Below, piece by piece: positions 17,264-20,563 of a stretch of DNA of 20,563 nt. The stretch comes from Bdellovibrionota bacterium FG-2 (GTDB taxonomy: Bacteria; Bdellovibrionota; UBA1018), in NCBI GenBank assembly GCA_051382305.1, contig JBBCAV010000165.1, forward strand, positions 1 through 20,563. Reading direction: 5' to 3'. The notes below the pieces were generated by a model. It was not told where the DNA came from, did not search any database, and was given only the letters and a program-made list of their open reading frames with translations. Both the position numbers and the translations under genes were made by a program. The first letter of the stretch is position 1. Every line of letters starts with the position of its first letter.

Positions 17264-18392
17264 ACTGCTAACAGCTCAATTTCAAGATCAGGAAATTGCG
17301 GATGTGCTTGTCGAGTATGATGGACCACGCATTTACTCATTCTACACTCCTAGCAACAAGGGGTATTATCTCGCATATAACGTGGAGCAAACAGATCAAC
17401 TATCTGGATGGATCTATGTTTCGATTAATAGTTTTCGCCTCTACAGCTTATTGTCCAAGGAAATCTCGATTCGAGACTTCATACTGAAGTCAGAAGCCTG
17501 CTATGAAGTTACTGTAAGTCCAAATAATCAAATTGAGCAGTTGGCGATCGGATGCGACCAAACCAAGCTTCCTGCAGCAGGCGTAATGCTGAAAGCCGAT
17601 TATGACTTTCTTTCGTTCTCCCTTAGCGGCCCTAAAATTTCGCCCTTTTCAATTTCTGAGAGCGATTTCACTAATATTTTGACCACCATCTGTTCGGGCA
17701 CAATAAAAGCGATGAAGACGTTGAAATCGTTTTTACCCGGAAAATATCAAGATCCGTCTAAACAGATATTTGGAACCCCTCTGTGTGCTCCAGGCAGCTT
17801 GAAAATGCTCGTCAAGGTTGCAAGCGATAGGGATCTTCTTAGGGATACACTTCAAATTTCCTCACACAAAGAAAGTGCCGCCTTAGAGGCTCAATACGGG
17901 CTACAGGCCACACAAATTGCTGAGATCAAGAATAATTTCTACTCAATTGCTCCCCCCTTAAGAGCAAGGGGAAGTGTGGTATACGACACCGTAACCATCG
18001 GGTCCAGCTTGTTGAACGCAAACGATGGTGCCATCGTGCTTAGTCAAGATCACAAAAGAAAATATTTGGATTTTACTAAATCTAGTCAGTCGACGGATGA
18101 TTTAATTATCATTCAAGGCAAGGTAATACGCGCTGCGCGAGATCGTTGTTCATTCACCATTCATGACGCGCAAAGTAACCTGGCAAATCCTATTGACGTC
18201 GAGTGCATGATCGACCCAGAGGATGAGGACCTAATCAATAATCTGACAACGCTCGACGATAAATTGAGAGACTGCGAAACTCCTCAAGACTTAGTATCAA
18301 TGATTCTAACTCTGGGGCTTAAACTGAAAGTAAGTGGCGTCTCAAAGGCGAGCAATTCTCTTCAATTGGCAATAGCTCGCCTAATTGAATAG
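17253..18392 (+). CDS. Hypothetical protein with DUF6575-like N-terminal domain
   Basis: IADVLVEYDGPRIYS...YYLAY...WIYVSINSFRLYSLLSKEISIRDFI matches my recollection of DUF6575; APGSLKMLV mid-domain; possible OB-like C-terminus. Confidence 0.65.
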   Translation: MSTELLTAQFQDQEIADVLVEYDGPRIYSFYTPSNKGYYLAYNVEQTDQLSGWIYVSINSFRLYSLLSKEISIRDFILKSEACYEVTVSPNNQIEQLAIGCDQTKLPAAGVMLKADYDFLSFSLSGPKISPFSISESDFTNILTTICSGTIKAMKTLKSFLPGKYQDPSKQIFGTPLCAPGSLKMLVKVASDRDLLRDTLQISSHKESAALEAQYGLQATQIAEIKNNFYSIAPPLRARGSVVYDTVTIGSSLLNANDGAIVLSQDHKRKYLDFTKSSQSTDDLIIIQGKVIRAARDRCSFTIHDAQSNLANPIDVECMIDPEDEDLINNLTTLDDKLRDCETPQDLVSMILTLGLKLKVSGVSKASNSLQLAIARLIE

Positions 18393-18510
18393 CTACGGCA
18401 CTCACTCACTGGACTGATCTCATGGCCAATCCGAACCAAGGAAGGAGCGGCTACAAACAGGTTACTCTTTATCGAAACTCAGTCGCCAAAAGTTTCACAA
18501 AATTTAAAAA

Positions 18511-19422
18511 TCATTTGTCTCTAATGCGGGTCAAGACCAACCTTGGCAGACTTACACATTTTGATCCCTGATGATCATCCTCGGGGTCCGGCGCCCCCGA
18601 CGTCCCGGCACTCTCGTCATCATCGAGGGAGGGAAAAGCGTTCGGAGCTGCGCCTAAGTCATCGGCGAAGGAATATGCCTTTTTAGAATCGAGGTGAAAA
18701 ACGTTCAGAAGGGTTTCAACTATCTGATGGTAGGGCAGGTCATTGATGCCTGGGATGATCATGCCGGTATCGCTGTACCGGAACCGATAGGTGAGATGGT
18801 CAAATCCGTCGCCCTTTCGGCTATCGTTTGCAGCTCTGTATCCAATCCCAAGCAATTCACCTAAAGCACGGTCGGCGATCGTGGCGGGGCCAGTGATCGC
18901 ATTCTTTCCACCCTTCTTGCTGGTGGGAAGTTTCGTTCCAACCGAAATATCCTTTGGAGCTTTGACGAGATATTTCCCAATGGTGTCGTCATTGAACGGG
19001 CATCTATCGCCCACAAACAATGGCGCTAGGTAGCCCTTCATCATGGAAATAATCAGTGGGCGAGACTCGTCAACTGATAGCTCGCCGGAAACAACACGCT
19101 CATAAATACCCTGAAGCTCGGGATGGGCGTGCTTTGCAATAATCGTGGCCTCGTTACTTTCGTCCCATTTGTTGAACTTGGAGATTGCGCCTATTACCTC
19201 GCGCAGCAGTCTATTCCTACGATTGAGTCTTGCGAAATCCCTCTCTGATAGTTCCCCGGAAATCTCCGTTTCCCACCCATAATGAGAAACTATAAAGACA
19301 AGTTCTCTGATAATTTGCCAAGCGTCATCGCGCGATACCCGATCCCCTCGGGTGTCGTAAGGAATTCGCTTGCTCGGATTCTCGATCGCGGCTTCAGACT
19401 TCTTCTTTGAGGTGTACTTCAT
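18511..19422 (-). CDS. Hypothetical protein (possible internal HTH)
   Basis: ~303-aa open frame filling the right end of the element; GPATIADRALGELLGIGYRAA is weakly HTH-like. Start uncertain (19422 or 19434). Confidence 0.65.
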   Translation of the reverse strand: MKYTSKKKSEAAIENPSKRIPYDTRGDRVSRDDAWQIIRELVFIVSHYGWETEISGELSERDFARLNRRNRLLREVIGAISKFNKWDESNEATIIAKHAHPELQGIYERVVSGELSVDESRPLIISMMKGYLAPLFVGDRCPFNDDTIGKYLVKAPKDISVGTKLPTSKKGGKNAITGPATIADRALGELLGIGYRAANDSRKGDGFDHLTYRFRYSDTGMIIPGINDLPYHQIVETLLNVFHLDSKKAYSFADDLGAAPNAFPSLDDDESAGTSGAPDPEDDHQGSKCVSLPRLVLTRIRDK

Positions 19423-19423
19423 G

Positions 19424-19444
19424 TTTGTGGCCATTTTGTGGCCA
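19424..19444 (+). repeat. Tandem TTTGTGGCCA x2, putative integrase arm-type sites (right end)
   Basis: Copies at 19424-19433 and 19435-19444, in the same orientation as 6835-6856. Confidence 0.75.
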
Positions 19445-19475
19445 CAGAACCACAAGACCGGCAAATCTGGCAAGC

Positions 19476-19503
19476 TTGACAAGTTCCCAAACCCAGGTAT
19501 ATT
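19476..19503 (+). promoter_or_regulatory. Outward-facing sigma70-like promoter just inside attR
   Basis: TTGACA-N16-TATATT, 44 nt before the att core. Confidence 0.55.
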
Positions 19504-19547
19504 CGAGCCCGAAAGGACTGAAAGGCCTGCAAGAACAAAGGGTTGGC

Positions 19548-19596
19548 CTCTTAATCAGCGGGTCGGCGGTTCGATCCCGCCGCGATCCACCAATAA
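19548..19596 (+). repeat. attR core: duplicated 3' half of tRNA-Lys
   Basis: Identical to 6736-6784; lacks the 5' acceptor strand and D-arm. Confidence 0.95.
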
Positions 19597-19600
19597 TTTC

Positions 19601-19638
19601 AACAGGTTGCCGATTTATTCGGCAGCCTGTTTTTGTTT
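19601..19638 (+). terminator. Intrinsic terminator-like hairpin
   Basis: AACAGGTTGCCGA-TTTAT-TCGGCAGCCTGTT (13 bp, one G-U) followed by a T-rich tail. Confidence 0.75.
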
Positions 19639-19639
19639 C

Positions 19640-19659
19640 GGGGCAACACAGGGGTAACA
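19640..19659 (+). repeat. GGGGCAACA / GGGGTAACA doublet, arm-site-like
   Basis: Two 9-mers with 11-bp period about 45 bp outside attR. Confidence 0.5.
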
Positions 19660-19726
19660 AAATGACAGGAGTTCGATTTACCCGATCATATAGACAGCCT
19701 ATGTCTTGTGGTATACTGGAAAGCAG

Positions 19727-20260
19727 ATGGACGCCTCTATGGACAAGATCAAATTTGAAGTCAACCCAGCAAAAGCTTTGGAGTCATTTCTCTACGTCCT
19801 GTCTAAGAAACCAGGTGCGAACCTCTACAACGTCCTCAAGTCGCTATTCGCGGCAGACAAGGATCACCTAAATCGTCATGGTCGACCTGTTACGGGTGAC
19901 ACATATATGCGCATGGAACTGGGAACCGTCCCGTCCTTCATTTATGACTTAGTAAAGGGCGAACTGCTTGCGTTAATGGAACTTGGGACCTCAGATCTGC
20001 CGTTTGAACGCCGTGGTTACGACTTGTCTGCGAAGCGACCACCAAACCTTTCTCTGCTTTCGAAGTCTGATATTCAATCTCTTGACCTGGGCATTGCGGA
20101 ATACCTGAACCTTAGCTTTGAACAGGTGAAGAAAAAAAACCACCAAGAACGCTGCTGGGTTGAAACCGGAATGAACCAGCGAATCGACTTCGAACTGATG
20201 ATCGACGACGAGAATATGCTCGCCGAAATTCGCTCAATTCCACTCAAACAAGTCATCTAA
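19727..20260 (+). CDS. Panacea-domain (SocA/DUF4065-like) antitoxin
   Basis: KALESFLYV, LKSLFAADKDHLNRHGRPVTGDTYMRMELGTVPSFIYD, LSKSDI, SFEQVKKKNH..CW. Extended -10 TGGTATACT and AGACA-N5-TGTCT palindrome upstream. Confidence 0.9.
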   Translation: MDASMDKIKFEVNPAKALESFLYVLSKKPGANLYNVLKSLFAADKDHLNRHGRPVTGDTYMRMELGTVPSFIYDLVKGELLALMELGTSDLPFERRGYDLSAKRPPNLSLLSKSDIQSLDLGIAEYLNLSFEQVKKKNHQERCWVETGMNQRIDFELMIDDENMLAEIRSIPLKQVI

Positions 20261-20340
20261 TGGCACTGCGAGTGGGTGACATCGTTCACGTCAGGAATCC
20301 ATTCGGAAATGATTTGAATCAGGACAAATTTGTAGTCGTC
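20260..20340 (+). pseudogene. 5' fragment of a putative PemK/MazF-like partner toxin, interrupted by an IS
   Basis: TAATG coupling to the antitoxin; MALRVGDIVHVRNPFGNDLNQDKFVVV is cut exactly at the IS terminus 20341. Confidence 0.6.
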
Positions 20341-20563
20341 GGGTGCACGACAATTTTGTGAGATAGGGGCCCAGGCTGCTCCCGCTCCACAGCCAGGTTG
20401 ACGCAGCAGGCTTTGACGACCTTCTCTCCCAGAAGTCCTCGAATCGACCACTCAGTCTACAGCTTCGCAGTGCAATAATTGCGTTGGCGCCACTCACAGT
20501 CCAAAACATCCCGCCTCGCTTGAGACGGACGCCAATAACGCGTTTATCGCCGGATTCTACGAC
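20341..20563 (-). mobile_element. ISKra4-like (IS256 superfamily-related) IS, right end and transposase C-terminus
   Basis: Minus-strand frame VVESGDKRVIGVRLKRGGMFWTVSGANAIIALRSCRLSGRFEDFWERR; terminus GGGTGCACGACAATTTTGTG resembles ISKra4-type ends. Confidence 0.8.

Noticed and set aside
19505-19545. Hammerhead or other ribozyme suggested by GAAA hairpins
   Set aside because: No CUGANGA core or supporting stems.
19500-19592. Second tRNA-Lys gene
   Set aside because: Only the 3' half is present; there is no D-arm or 5' acceptor strand.
19667-19685. GTTCGA T-loop-like motif after attR
   Set aside because: Flanks do not form a T-stem, so it is not a supportable tRNA remnant.
20355-20400. Group II intron 3' end (minus strand CCCCTATCTCAC)
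   Set aside because: No domain V and no RT gene; better explained as IS subterminal sequence.

Overview
Host genes on the left: the 3' end of an IS66 transposase, lon, and three secreted-protein genes including an HExxHxxGxxH metalloprotease. These are followed by tRNA-Lys(CTT), into which a complete ~12.8-kb element has integrated, bounded by a perfect 49-bp direct repeat (6736-6784 / 19548-19596). The element looks like a phage satellite (PICI-like). It has a tyrosine integrase, an excisionase-like HTH, a Prim-Pol/VapE primase-helicase with a putative origin, two small RHH proteins, a serine resolvase and a DUF5681 (small-terminase-like) gene, but no recognisable capsid, tail or conjugation genes. 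Cargo includes an XRE-led envelope operon (lipoprotein frameshifted at a C8 tract, a PEGA/beta-barrel protein, an ankyrin-like lipoprotein), an AT-rich two-gene candidate defence or toxin module (ART-fold-like protein plus DUF6575-like protein) and an orphan gene at the right end. Beyond attR are a second pair of arm-like repeats (possible tandem island) and a Panacea/SocA antitoxin whose coupled PemK/MazF-like partner is interrupted by an ISKra4-like IS. A Bdellovibrionota/Myxococcota-like host is only my impression. All family calls are by motif recognition; no searches were run.
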